64,000 nucleotides of DNA from Deinococcales bacterium (lineage in GTDB: Bacteria; Deinococcota; Deinococci; Deinococcales; JAAFIG01). Under the pieces are notes generated by a model. It was not told where the DNA came from, did no database searches, and saw nothing but the letters and a program-made list of their open reading frames with translations. The position numbers and the translations under genes are program-made. Where the stretch lies: contig JANXTZ010000044.1 of assembly GCA_025352125.1 (NCBI GenBank), positions 148,345-212,344 on the forward strand, read 5' to 3'. Below are positions 17,818 through 26,268 of this stretch, one piece after another. Numbering within the stretch: the stretch's first letter is position 1; every line of letters starts with the position of its first letter.

Positions 17818-18528
17818 TTATTTGGGTTTGGCGAAGGTTTTGTCGGTGAAACTTGGGTTGATCAGAATATTTGAGGTTGCAGTATCGATGGAGAGTTCTG
17901 TACCCTGATAAAGTTTGCTGGAAAAAGCGACCTTGATACCGTCAACCGTGCGGAAATCACCGTACACCGAGTTTGTTTCGTCTTCTTTAGAACCCAGAAC
18001 TGTTCCATCGGCATCGAAAATCAAGTTGCTGACCGCGCCTTTTGTGCTGATCGTGACCGATTCACCCTTGACACCACCAGGCAATTCCACCATGCCGTTG
18101 CTGCTTGCCGCTTCAAACTCTTTTGTTCCAAAGCGCAGAGCGAAAATACCCTGGTACAAAGAATCTCGAATTGGTTTGGCTTGCGCTGCGGGTAATTTGA
18201 CCGTACCAGAAGCCTCGGTCCAAGTCCAAGCTTCCTTTGGATCAACCTGAATGATCTGAGCCAAATTGCCCACCGCACTCAACTCGAGGCGCACCAATTC
18301 TTTGCCAAAATCGACCATTGAAACACCGTCCAACGCCCCCGCCACAACCCCATTTTGGTAGATGGTCAAGGTTGCCTTTTCCTGGTAGGTTTTCAGGTTC
18401 TCGAGCGCCTGCCCGCCTTGGATGATTTTGGCTTTCTCGAGCAACGCCAGGGTTTTTGGGGCGATGGCGGTTTGAGCCAGAACCGCGCCGATAAATAAAG
18501 TACTGAACAAGAATGCCAGTTTTTTCAT
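17818..18528 (-). CDS. Secreted hypothetical protein
   Basis: Signal peptide MKKLAFLFSTLFIGAVLAQTA. The sequence is beta-rich with no catalytic motif recognised. Confidence 0.6.
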   Translation of the reverse strand: MKKLAFLFSTLFIGAVLAQTAIAPKTLALLEKAKIIQGGQALENLKTYQEKATLTIYQNGVVAGALDGVSMVDFGKELVRLELSAVGNLAQIIQVDPKEAWTWTEASGTVKLPAAQAKPIRDSLYQGIFALRFGTKEFEAASSNGMVELPGGVKGESVTISTKGAVSNLIFDADGTVLGSKEDETNSVYGDFRTVDGIKVAFSSKLYQGTELSIDTATSNILINPSFTDKTFAKPK

Positions 18529-18766
18529 GAATCTCCTTGAAATTTGTTACGAGATGAAGTGGGCGAAAGTTCCGTTTGTGGATGAGAGGATGACCTTTGA
18601 AATATTTTTTTAATTTTAAGGGAGTTCAATGAGATCACACTTGTTCAAAGAGGATTTGTTCAGTGCTCAAGCTTGCAAGGTGGTTGTCAGTCTGACGCAG
18701 ATTCAAGTTTTCAAATCCTCAAGAAAAAGGCTCGAAGCGAACGGCAGCTCGAGCCTCTAGAATCCT

Positions 18767-19561
18767 TTAGCGAACCGCTTTCAACTCTTCCCCTCGAGCC
18801 TCAAAATACTGCCCCTCATCGGTGCGCACATCCACTGTTCCTTTTAGCGGGTTCAGCTTCACGACCTTGCCCACCAAACTCGAGTCGTTGTGGCTGCACA
18901 CCTTCGCACCCTTGCGCGGCAAATCTTTAAGCAGTTCAATGTACATGTCATGCTCGTACTGCAAGCAGCAGAGCAAGCGCCCACAAGGTCCAGAAATTTT
19001 TTCTGGATTAAGCGGCAACTGCTGATCTCTGGACATCCGAATCGTGACCGGCGTGAATTCTTGCAGGTGATGGCTCGAGCAATTTTCGGTGCCGCACACC
19101 CCCAGCACACCCATGATCCGCGCCTGATCCCGAGCGCCGACCGCATGAAAATGAATCTGGGCGCTGGTTTTGGTGTTCAAATCCTGTACCAGACCGCGCA
19201 GTTCAATTCGTTCCTCGCTCGAGTAACTGACGGTCAAACTTGTGCCGTCCAGCGTGATCTCGACGCAGATAATTTTGACGTTCAAACGCCGTTCGCGGGC
19301 TTTGGCACGCAAAAACCATTTCAGGTCGCCCGCCTCCACCTCGAGCTTGGCGTGTTGCTCCAGGTCTTCGGGGGTGGCGATGCGTTCGATGCGTCCCGCC
19401 GTGACCGCCTGCGGGCTGTTGTCCTTGGTGCGAACCGTGGCGACCTCCAGACCGCGTCTGGATTGCACCACCACGCGGGTATCGATGCCAATTTCCAGCA
19501 ATGGATTCTCGAAGGCGTACAATTTTGGTCCGTTGTCGAAACGAATCCCTTGGGTTGTCAT
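18767..19561 (-). CDS. PSP1 domain protein (RicT/YaaT-like)
   Basis: PSP1 C-terminal domain pattern ([15 protein letters not shown]..., cysteine cluster CGTENCSSH...[11 protein letters not shown]). Confidence 0.8.
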   Translation of the reverse strand: MTTQGIRFDNGPKLYAFENPLLEIGIDTRVVVQSRRGLEVATVRTKDNSPQAVTAGRIERIATPEDLEQHAKLEVEAGDLKWFLRAKARERRLNVKIICVEITLDGTSLTVSYSSEERIELRGLVQDLNTKTSAQIHFHAVGARDQARIMGVLGVCGTENCSSHHLQEFTPVTIRMSRDQQLPLNPEKISGPCGRLLCCLQYEHDMYIELLKDLPRKGAKVCSHNDSSLVGKVVKLNPLKGTVDVRTDEGQYFEARGEELKAVR

Positions 19562-19587
19562 GAATTGCTCCAGTTCATAATTGCAGT

Positions 19588-20172
19588 TTACCCCTCGAGC
19601 GAATCCAGAAAAGTTACGGGCGCTCGAATCGCTTTCTCGAGCAGCGGCTTGTACTCCCGTTCCCGAATTTCAAATGCGCCAAAACGCTCGAGATGTGGAT
19701 TTTGAATTTGGGCATCGAACAACATAAAATTTTGATTCCGAAGGTGTTCGACCAGGCGCACCATTGCGACCTTGGAGGCGTCTGGGACAGCGTAAAACAT
19801 GGTTTCGCCAATAAACGCACCGCCAATCACAATGCCCAAAATGCCAGCCGCCAGCCCATTCTCAAACCAAGTTTCAAAACTAAACGCGAAACCGGCACGG
19901 TTTAACTCGAGGTAAATTTCTTTTAACTCATGTGTGATCCAAGTCTCTTCGCGGGCGGCGCAACCGTTTATCACGCCGATAAAATCGGAATTGATACGGG
20001 TTTCAAAACGCCCAGAGTTCAGCGCTCGGCGCAAACTTGTCGGCACATGAAAGCGTTCATCCAGGGGAATTAAGGCATGGCGGCGGCTCGAGTACCAGCC
20101 CAAACCCTCGCCGTTGTCCATCAAGAAATAACCTTCAGAATACGCTTGAATGATGGTATTCACATCGAGCAT
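19588..20172 (-). CDS. aat: Leucyl/phenylalanyl-tRNA--protein transferase
   Basis: AYSEGYFLM...[23 protein letters not shown] and GAFIGETMF...DASKVA match the family. Confidence 0.85.
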   Translation of the reverse strand: MLDVNTIIQAYSEGYFLMDNGEGLGWYSSRRHALIPLDERFHVPTSLRRALNSGRFETRINSDFIGVINGCAAREETWITHELKEIYLELNRAGFAFSFETWFENGLAAGILGIVIGGAFIGETMFYAVPDASKVAMVRLVEHLRNQNFMLFDAQIQNPHLERFGAFEIREREYKPLLEKAIRAPVTFLDSLEG

Positions 20173-20178
20173 GGAGGT

Positions 20179-20565
20179 TTAATTCTTCTGGCAGGATTGG
20201 CATATGCCATGAAATTCGACGTTGGTTTTTTGAACTTTAAAACCAGACAAGCCTTTAGAAGCCACAGTGCTTAAGTCTGGAAGCTCGAGCATCACGTCAA
20301 AAACCTCACCGCAAGAATCGCAGATGAAATGGTAATGCCCGTCCAGCCTGGCATCGTAACGCGTGGCTTGACCAGGTTGTTGAATCCGAATCAAATGCCC
20401 CTCGAGCGCCAACGCCTCGAGCGACCTGTAGACTGTCCCAAGTGAAATATTCGGCACGGTTTCTCGCACGGTTTCAAACACACGGGCAGCATCAGGATGC
20501 TCGCGGGAGGCTTGCACCACCTCGAGCACGGCTTGACGTTGACGGGTAAAACGAATGATTGCCAT
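20179..20565 (-). CDS. Fur-family metalloregulator (Fur/Zur/PerR type)
   Basis: wHTH (ISLGTVYRSLEAL), HYHFICDSCG and a C-terminal CQSC zinc motif. Confidence 0.85.
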   Translation of the reverse strand: MAIIRFTRQRQAVLEVVQASREHPDAARVFETVRETVPNISLGTVYRSLEALALEGHLIRIQQPGQATRYDARLDGHYHFICDSCGEVFDVMLELPDLSTVASKGLSGFKVQKTNVEFHGICQSCQKN

Positions 20566-20634
20566 AAGACCTCGAAGTTACCGAGAATCGGAGTATACCC
20601 AGGTTTGGAGAGGTTTTTCAACGCAATTATGAGA

Positions 20635-20651
20635 TCACTCGATTTGAGTGA
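20635..20651. promoter_or_regulatory. Candidate operator: 6-bp inverted repeat TCACTC-gattt-GAGTGA upstream of the Fur-family gene
   Basis: Read directly in the divergent intergenic region. There is no match to a classical Fur box, so this is weak. Confidence 0.25.
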
Positions 20652-20726
20652 GCCGCGACACAGCCATTTTGCGATTCAAGGGCTATGCTCGAAACAAGTT
20701 AAAGCTCGAGCATTCTTGGAGGTTTT

Positions 20727-21224
20727 ATGCGAAATAAACTTGCGTTCTTCGGTATCTCGAGCGTCTTGGTTTTCGGCGGTCTTGGAACACAAATTACCGC
20801 TCAAACCGCTTTTGTGGACGTGCCAAGTTGTCACTGGGCGGTTGAAGCGATCAATCAAATCTCGGGCGAAACTTCGGTCACTCCAGCGCAAAACGCCAGC
20901 ACCGCCGCAAACGCCTTCAGGCAGGTTTTTGAAGGTATGAAATGCGCCGATCCAAACTGGACGTTGCAATTCATTCAAAACGCTCCAGACAGCCTTCGCG
21001 CCCTGATCGCTGGCGACCCACTGAAAGGCTTCAGTCTGGCTGGCGTGACCGCTACCGTCTCGAGCAACACCGCCAAAGTGAATTTCAAACTGAATATCAC
21101 CCTCAAAAATGGTTTGAACGTCGCCAGAATCGGCAACGCTCAACTGGTGGCAGACAAAAAAATGGGTTGGAAGGTCGTTTACTCGAGCCTCAGCGCTTTA
21201 AACCTGCCAGTCTTTCCAAAATAA
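20727..21224 (+). CDS. Secreted protein with SLH-like N-terminal motif
   Basis: Signal peptide followed by AFVDVPSCHWAVEAINQISG, which resembles the S-layer-homology motif (F.DVP..HWA..A). Confidence 0.55.
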   Translation: MRNKLAFFGISSVLVFGGLGTQITAQTAFVDVPSCHWAVEAINQISGETSVTPAQNASTAANAFRQVFEGMKCADPNWTLQFIQNAPDSLRALIAGDPLKGFSLAGVTATVSSNTAKVNFKLNITLKNGLNVARIGNAQLVADKKMGWKVVYSSLSALNLPVFPK

Positions 21225-21914
21225 TTACAGCCTTGCGGTGACAGCCATAAACTTGATGTTCGGACCTTCAAAACCGTCAGAACTGACCGAAACAAACACG
21301 ACCATGCTCGAGTCTGAAACGAAAACACTGTGCATTCTGTAATCTGCCGCGCAACGTCTCGAGCTTGGTAATTTGGTGTCGTTTTGCAAAACCCGGACGG
21401 TTTTTCCAGTCAAGGTTAATTTCATAAGTTGCGGCGCGTGACCGTCACAGTCCGTCTCCGCGCCGCCGTCACGCATCGAAAGCTCGAGACGGTACGCTTT
21501 GCCCTTCGCGCTGAACTCGAGCGTGTTGTCCATCACAGCCCCCTGAGCGCCACCCAAAGCACCTGCGACAAAACGACCCTGGTTGCCGATTAGGATGCCA
21601 TATTTTTTCAACATCGGCGCAGCTTTGGTCAATACTGCCGCCCGTACTGCCGCCGTGCTCGAGTTGTCGGTTTGAGTATCAACATTTAAACTGGCGACCA
21701 ACGTGTTCTTGGCAACGTCAACCACATCAATGCCTGCATATGGAAAACCAGTCCCGTCACCGATAGCCGCCTGACCAAATGCCAGATACGCGCCGTTCTT
21801 TGAAAAACCAACAAAATCAAAATGTGCAATGTCCCCAGCTTGAGCCAACGACAGACCAAGAAAGCCGATCAACAAGAATTTTTTCACCCCAAAAGCATAA
21901 CTTGATCCTTGCAC
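21225..21914 (-). CDS. Secreted hypothetical protein
   Basis: Hydrophobic signal-like N-terminus (KKFLLIGFLGLSLAQA). No motif recognised. Confidence 0.55.
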   Translation of the reverse strand: MQGSSYAFGVKKFLLIGFLGLSLAQAGDIAHFDFVGFSKNGAYLAFGQAAIGDGTGFPYAGIDVVDVAKNTLVASLNVDTQTDNSSTAAVRAAVLTKAAPMLKKYGILIGNQGRFVAGALGGAQGAVMDNTLEFSAKGKAYRLELSMRDGGAETDCDGHAPQLMKLTLTGKTVRVLQNDTKLPSSRRCAADYRMHSVFVSDSSMVVFVSVSSDGFEGPNIKFMAVTARL

Positions 21915-21946
21915 GTTAAGGGTTCAAGCTTGGTACGCTAGAGCCT

Positions 21947-22405
21947 ATGGAAATCCGAGAGTACACCCGAAAAGACCGCCTGGCGTGTCTGCGCGTGCTC
22001 GATTCCAACATTCCAGGATTCTTCCCGCCCGAAACCCGAGATGATTTCACCGATTACCTCGACGAGATTGACAGCCCAGGTCACACGTTTTTTGTGCTCG
22101 AGAATCACAGCAAGCACCTGATCGCCTGTGGTGGAATTTACATTTTTCCAGGCGCTGTTCTTGCCAGCCTGAATTGGGGGATGGTCGCTCGAGCCTACCA
22201 CCGCACCAGAATTGGTGCTGCCCTGCTCGAGTACCGCCTGAACTGGCTGCGCGACACCGCGATTGTCCGCACCGTCATACTGAATGCTCCTCCAGCCGCA
22301 AGCGGATTTTTTGAACAATTTGGTTTTGTGTTTGAAACCAGTATTGAAAATCCTGAAGCTACCGGTCTTCAACGCCTCGAGATGCGGCTTCAATTGCGCC
22401 CATGA
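21947..22405 (+). CDS. GNAT family N-acetyltransferase
   Basis: Acetyl-CoA-binding pattern VARAYHRTRIGAALLE in a 152-aa protein. Confidence 0.8.
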   Translation: MEIREYTRKDRLACLRVLDSNIPGFFPPETRDDFTDYLDEIDSPGHTFFVLENHSKHLIACGGIYIFPGAVLASLNWGMVARAYHRTRIGAALLEYRLNWLRDTAIVRTVILNAPPAASGFFEQFGFVFETSIENPEATGLQRLEMRLQLRP

Positions 22406-22548
22406 CCTTAACCGCGCACCGCAAAATCATGCTTGAGCGAACACTCAAAATGCAGCTCGGGCATCCGCAACCCGAAAGTTTCGAGTCTTTGATTGCGTGG
22501 TTGAAAATGAAACTCGAGAAGCGGCTGAAAGCCAAGAAGAAAAAGTGA
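22402..22548 (+). CDS. Candidate 48-aa small basic protein (not in the ORF track)
   Basis: The ATG overlaps the GNAT stop codon as ATGA. Own translation: MTLTAHRKIMLERTLKMQLGHPQPESFESLIAWLKMKLEKRLKAKKKK. No homolog recognised. Confidence 0.3.
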   Translation: MTLTAHRKIMLERTLKMQLGHPQPESFESLIAWLKMKLEKRLKAKKKK

Positions 22549-22578
22549 ATTTTCACGCACTGGTGCTAAACTTTTTAC

Positions 22579-23079
22579 ATGGCAATAACACCCGAGCAAA
22601 TGATTTTAGATGCCGCAAACACAAACGTTCGCCTCGAGTTTGTGCGTGGCATTCCGCTTTGGGAAGCCAGCCCAGTCGCGGGGCATCAACTCGAGATTTT
22701 CCGAATTCAGAACAGTATTAAGAGAAGTGATGACTCTCAAGCTTGTGCCTGTACCCACCTTTCAGACACGCTTTTTAAGTTTGGCGAGGGTTCACTCAAA
22801 CGCCCCGACATTGCGATTCTGTGCCAAGAATTAAAACCCGAACAACTGTACAGCGCCCTCGAGATCATCCCCGAAGCTGTGGTCGAAGTGATTTCCGAAG
22901 GTTACGAATACAAAGACCTCGAGATTGCGCCCCAGTTTTACCTGGGTTTGGGTGTGAAAGACGTTTTGATTCTCGAGCCACGGCTTAAAGTTGTGTATCA
23001 CCACCGAAAAGACAGCAAAACCCGACTCGAGTCACCTGTAAAATTGAGGCTCGAGTGTGGTTATGAAATTGAGGTTTAA
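22579..23079 (+). CDS. Uma2 family endonuclease (DUF820)
   Basis: EFVRGIPLWEASP..GHQ, PDIAIL, EVISEG...D..K...Y...GVKDVLILEP form the PD-(D/E)xK-like Uma2 pattern. Confidence 0.8.
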   Translation: MAITPEQMILDAANTNVRLEFVRGIPLWEASPVAGHQLEIFRIQNSIKRSDDSQACACTHLSDTLFKFGEGSLKRPDIAILCQELKPEQLYSALEIIPEAVVEVISEGYEYKDLEIAPQFYLGLGVKDVLILEPRLKVVYHHRKDSKTRLESPVKLRLECGYEIEV

Positions 23080-23510
23080 AATTTAATCAAGTGGCGCAAT
23101 CGTAAAAAATTTAAGAATTCGGCTGGAGTCAAAATAACAGCTTCTCCAAGCGTTTCCAATTCCAAAACACCAATGTTATCGCTGCTGACCAAAGCATTGG
23201 CTAGACCTTGTTCAACAATGGCGATTAAGAAATTGTCCTTTGGGTCTTTTGAGTCTCTCGAGTTTTGGTTGCCCCGCACGTACAAACCGTCAGAATGAAG
23301 TTGATTGACCAGCGCACCAATCCGATTGCGTTTCAAACGCTTTTTCAAACGTGGGTACGCGCAAACCAATTTGATTTCCTCGAGTAATTCAAGGTTGTAC
23401 AACACCACAAAAGCCCGATGTTCCCAAGCAAGAACAATTTGTCCACACAAACCATTGGGGTGAAGCATTGCACTGATAAACACGTTCGTATCCAGAACAA
23501 CTTTTAACAC
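23076..23510 (-). CDS. PIN-domain toxin (type II TA system)
   Basis: MLKVVLDTNVFISAML... N-terminus and later acidic residues are typical of the PIN family. It overlaps the upstream antitoxin gene by 1 nt. Confidence 0.8.
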   Translation of the reverse strand: MLKVVLDTNVFISAMLHPNGLCGQIVLAWEHRAFVVLYNLELLEEIKLVCAYPRLKKRLKRNRIGALVNQLHSDGLYVRGNQNSRDSKDPKDNFLIAIVEQGLANALVSSDNIGVLELETLGEAVILTPAEFLNFLRLRHLIKF

Positions 23511-23755
23511 TAGCCTCTAGCATCCCGCACAGCCCTTTGAGCCTCGAGTGCCAGCATCAACCCATCTTCTTCGGACAAATCATGATTAACAGCGTCATCC
23601 TCAAGAATTGCCCGAAAATTATCGGCTCGACGCTCGAGTTCGACGAGCGCTTGTTCAATCACATCGGCTTGCGAGGTTTTTAAACTGCTCTGAAGCTTTT
23701 CGATGCGTTTCAGTGCATCTTTTGACAATGCGATTTCCATAGTCAGATTGTACAT
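23510..23755 (-). CDS. Antitoxin partner of the PIN toxin (small helical/RHH-like protein)
   Basis: It lies immediately upstream of and overlaps the PIN gene. The start is uncertain (ATG at 23755 or 23740; the track gives GTG at 23782 inside repeat copy B). Confidence 0.6.
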   Translation of the reverse strand: MYNLTMEIALSKDALKRIEKLQSSLKTSQADVIEQALVELERRADNFRAILEDDAVNHDLSEEDGLMLALEAQRAVRDARG

Positions 23756-23772
23756 GATAAGCTCGGGTTTTG

Positions 23773-23826
23773 CTCGAGTCACCCGTAAAATTGAAACTCG
23801 AGTGCGGTTGTGAAATTGAGGTTTGA
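23773..23826 (+). repeat. Direct repeat copy B of the Uma2 3-prime end
   Basis: 48 of 54 nt are identical to 23026-23079 by hand alignment. It still encodes ..LESPVKLKLECGCEIEV*. Confidence 0.85.
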
Positions 23827-23876
23827 ATGCGAGATTTGAGCTTGTTGAAACCTTTCTGTTGTACTAAAATCATACC

Positions 23877-24074
23877 ATGAGTTCAATGCCTGAAATTAAA
23901 AAACTCAGTGTTTCAGATCGCCTTGATTTGCTCGAGAGTATTTGGGAGAGTTTGAGCCTTGAAGATGCTGTTCCAGAATTAACGCAAGCACAAAAACTCG
24001 AGATTGATCGGCGACTTACTGCCCATGACGCGAATCCAAGCCGAGGTCGTTCTTGGACTGAAGCCCGAGTGTGA
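23877..24074 (+). CDS. Putative addiction-module component (small antitoxin-like protein)
   Basis: LSVSDRLDLLESIWESL...ELTQAQKLEIDRRL is the pattern of the small 'putative addiction module component' family. The stop codon lies inside repeat copy C. Confidence 0.65.
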   Translation: MSSMPEIKKLSVSDRLDLLESIWESLSLEDAVPELTQAQKLEIDRRLTAHDANPSRGRSWTEARV

Positions 24075-24093
24075 TTGTGAGATCGAGGTTTGA
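24064..24093 (+). repeat. Direct repeat copy C (diverged, partial) of the Uma2 3-prime end
   Basis: 24 of 30 nt are identical to 23050-23079. It would encode ..ECDCEIEV*. Confidence 0.6.
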
Positions 24094-24097
24094 ATAA

Positions 24098-24451
24098 ATG
24101 ATTGAATTTATTAAAGTTGTTTTAATTATTGTATTTTTTTACACTTTTCTTATTTTAACTTTTGGGGTAATCATTAGATTAGTAGTATCGTACAGTCTTT
24201 TAAGTGATTGCATTCAAATAAAACTGTATGGGGATTCTTACCGAAAAATTTACTATGAAAATATCCAAGAAATTACGTATTGGAATCGAGAAACTGCACT
24301 AAAAAACTTTTGGTGTACGTTTGTTTTTAGGGAAAGAAATTCTGACCTTTTCCGATTTTTCAATCCCGTTGTTGTAGTTATGAATGGTAGTACATTTAAA
24401 GTTTTAATCACACCTCCAAATCCAAAAGAATTTGTCGAGAAAGTGAAATGA
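24098..24451 (+). CDS. Hypothetical membrane protein encoded by AT-rich DNA
   Basis: 117-aa ORF with an N-terminal hydrophobic helix pair. The DNA is strongly AT-rich and has no CTCGAG between 24002 and 24522. Confidence 0.5.
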   Translation: MIEFIKVVLIIVFFYTFLILTFGVIIRLVVSYSLLSDCIQIKLYGDSYRKIYYENIQEITYWNRETALKNFWCTFVFRERNSDLFRFFNPVVVVMNGSTFKVLITPPNPKEFVEKVK

Positions 24452-24545
24452 CTTAAAAGCCAAGTGAAATCAGATGAAATTCAACTCAATCCTGCATTGC
24501 GTCGATTGGCAAAATAAAGAATCTCGAGCTTCCCAAATTTCCAAT

Positions 24546-25787
24546 TCAATTGACAGTCTTGACCCGTTTGTTCACGTAATCCATCAACACATACTGCCCA
24601 ACATTGTGCGGCGTGGTGAAATACGCTTTTCCATGCGTCATCTCGGCGACTTTTTTCACGAACGCAATCAAATCGGGGTCCCTTGCCAGCATGAACGTGT
24701 TGATCTGAATGCCTGCACGTCTGCATTGCGCGACTTCACGAATGGTTTCACCCAGCACAAACGGGTCTAAACCCCAAGCGTTTTTGTAAATTCTGCCGTC
24801 GGGCAAGGTTAACGCCGAGGGTTTACCGTCGGTAATCATGATGATTTGCTTCATGTCTTTGTTCTCGCGTTTTAACAGTTGTTGCGCGAGTCTCAAGCCG
24901 CCTGCGGTGTTGGTGTGGTACGGACCAACTTGGCATTGCGCCAGCTTACCCAAGGGTATCTCTTCGGCAGAATCGTGAAACAACACAAACTTGATCGTGT
25001 CCCCCGCGTATTGCGTGCGAATCATGTGCGCCAGCGCCAACGCCACTTGCTTGGCAGGGGTGAACCTGTCCTCGCCGTACAAGATCATGCTGTGCGAGCA
25101 GTCCAGCATCACAATGGTTGCGGCGCTGCTTTTGTACTCGGCTTGCCGCACCACCAGATCGGATTCCTCGAGGTTCTCGAGTCCTTTTGCCATCGTGTTG
25201 GTCAGGGTTGCGCCAATGTCGAGGTTGAGGGTGTCACCAAATTCGTAATCTTTCAGGTCGCCCGTCATCTCGACACCCGAGGCGTATTCTTTGGTGTCGT
25301 GTCGTCCCATGCTCGACTTGCCCAGACCACCGAGCAGGTCGCGCAAGGTTTTGTAACCCAGGAAATCGATGCTTTTGTCGGTCAGTTGAAATTGCGCCTG
25401 CCCTGGGTCGCCCGCGCCGCCTTGACCGCTGGCTTCGCTGGGTTGCGGGTCGTCAACGCGAATGTAACCCTCGTCTTTCATGCGTTGAATCATCTTGGAA
25501 ATTTCCTGGGAAAGGCGTGTTTTGTCAAAATCTTTGGTACTTTGCGCCTCTTTGAGCATGTCTTCAGGAATTAGGTCGCGTTCCATTAAAGCCTGCAAGA
25601 TCGCCTCGCGCAACTCGTCCATGCTCTGCCCAGAGTTGGGGTCTGGGTCGTAAGGATTGTTGAACGCCGACCCAATGATTGAATCGCGGATCATTTCCAT
25701 GATGCTCGAGGTGTCAATGTCGTCTAAGGTGGATTCGTATTTGGAATAACGGGTCGAGCGGGTTGTGGTTTGCATAAAAGACCTCAC
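24546..25787 (-). CDS. VWA-domain protein (partner of the upstream AAA+ ATPase)
   Basis: MIDAS motif VMLDCSHSM, later ITDGKPS. Confidence 0.8.
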   Translation of the reverse strand: MRSFMQTTTRSTRYSKYESTLDDIDTSSIMEMIRDSIIGSAFNNPYDPDPNSGQSMDELREAILQALMERDLIPEDMLKEAQSTKDFDKTRLSQEISKMIQRMKDEGYIRVDDPQPSEASGQGGAGDPGQAQFQLTDKSIDFLGYKTLRDLLGGLGKSSMGRHDTKEYASGVEMTGDLKDYEFGDTLNLDIGATLTNTMAKGLENLEESDLVVRQAEYKSSAATIVMLDCSHSMILYGEDRFTPAKQVALALAHMIRTQYAGDTIKFVLFHDSAEEIPLGKLAQCQVGPYHTNTAGGLRLAQQLLKRENKDMKQIIMITDGKPSALTLPDGRIYKNAWGLDPFVLGETIREVAQCRRAGIQINTFMLARDPDLIAFVKKVAEMTHGKAYFTTPHNVGQYVLMDYVNKRVKTVN

Positions 25788-26254
25788 TCTCGAGCTTCTG
25801 GCAGTCCATCTGAGATTTCGGTGTTGATTTTTTGTAAGAATTCGGCTACGGATTGGGTTTTTAATTCGCCTCGACGGTATGCAGCACTGGTTTCCTTGGC
25901 TTCAGCGATCATTGAATTACGTCTTCGTTTGCTGCATTCACGTTTTAGATTTTCGAGAACATCTATTTGATCGTCAAGGGATAACAACTCAAAATTGATA
26001 AATATTTTATCGAGGTCTGTTAATGATTTTAAGTTATTGCTCGTTCCCAATTGCTGCAATGCTTGCAAGGTTTCTTGTAAGTTACGGGTTGCGAATTTTC
26101 CAGACTGCATTGCTTTTGTTGCGGCGTTGCTTTCTTGAACGAATTCCTCATGACGCTTGTTTTTGAGAATTCGATTTGAAATCTCGAGTTGTTCGTGTTT
26201 TGGTAAGTCTTGAATCACGTCCATTATTTGCTCGAGTGTCATCTGAACCTCCAA
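25784..26254 (-). CDS. Hypothetical helical protein between the ATPase and VWA genes
   Basis: 156-aa ORF with lower GC than its neighbours and a 4-nt overlap with the VWA start. The N-terminus [24 protein letters not shown] resembles addiction-module-component motifs. Confidence 0.5.
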   Translation of the reverse strand: MEVQMTLEQIMDVIQDLPKHEQLEISNRILKNKRHEEFVQESNAATKAMQSGKFATRNLQETLQALQQLGTSNNLKSLTDLDKIFINFELLSLDDQIDVLENLKRECSKRRRNSMIAEAKETSAAYRRGELKTQSVAEFLQKINTEISDGLPEARE

Positions 26255-26268
26255 GCGAAATCATTCCA

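Noticed and set aside
22579-24451. The Uma2/TA region as a prophage remnant, integron or IS element
   Set aside because: No integrase, transposase, attC-like sites or phage structural genes are present. Only the triplicated gene end is seen, and that is reported separately as an observation.
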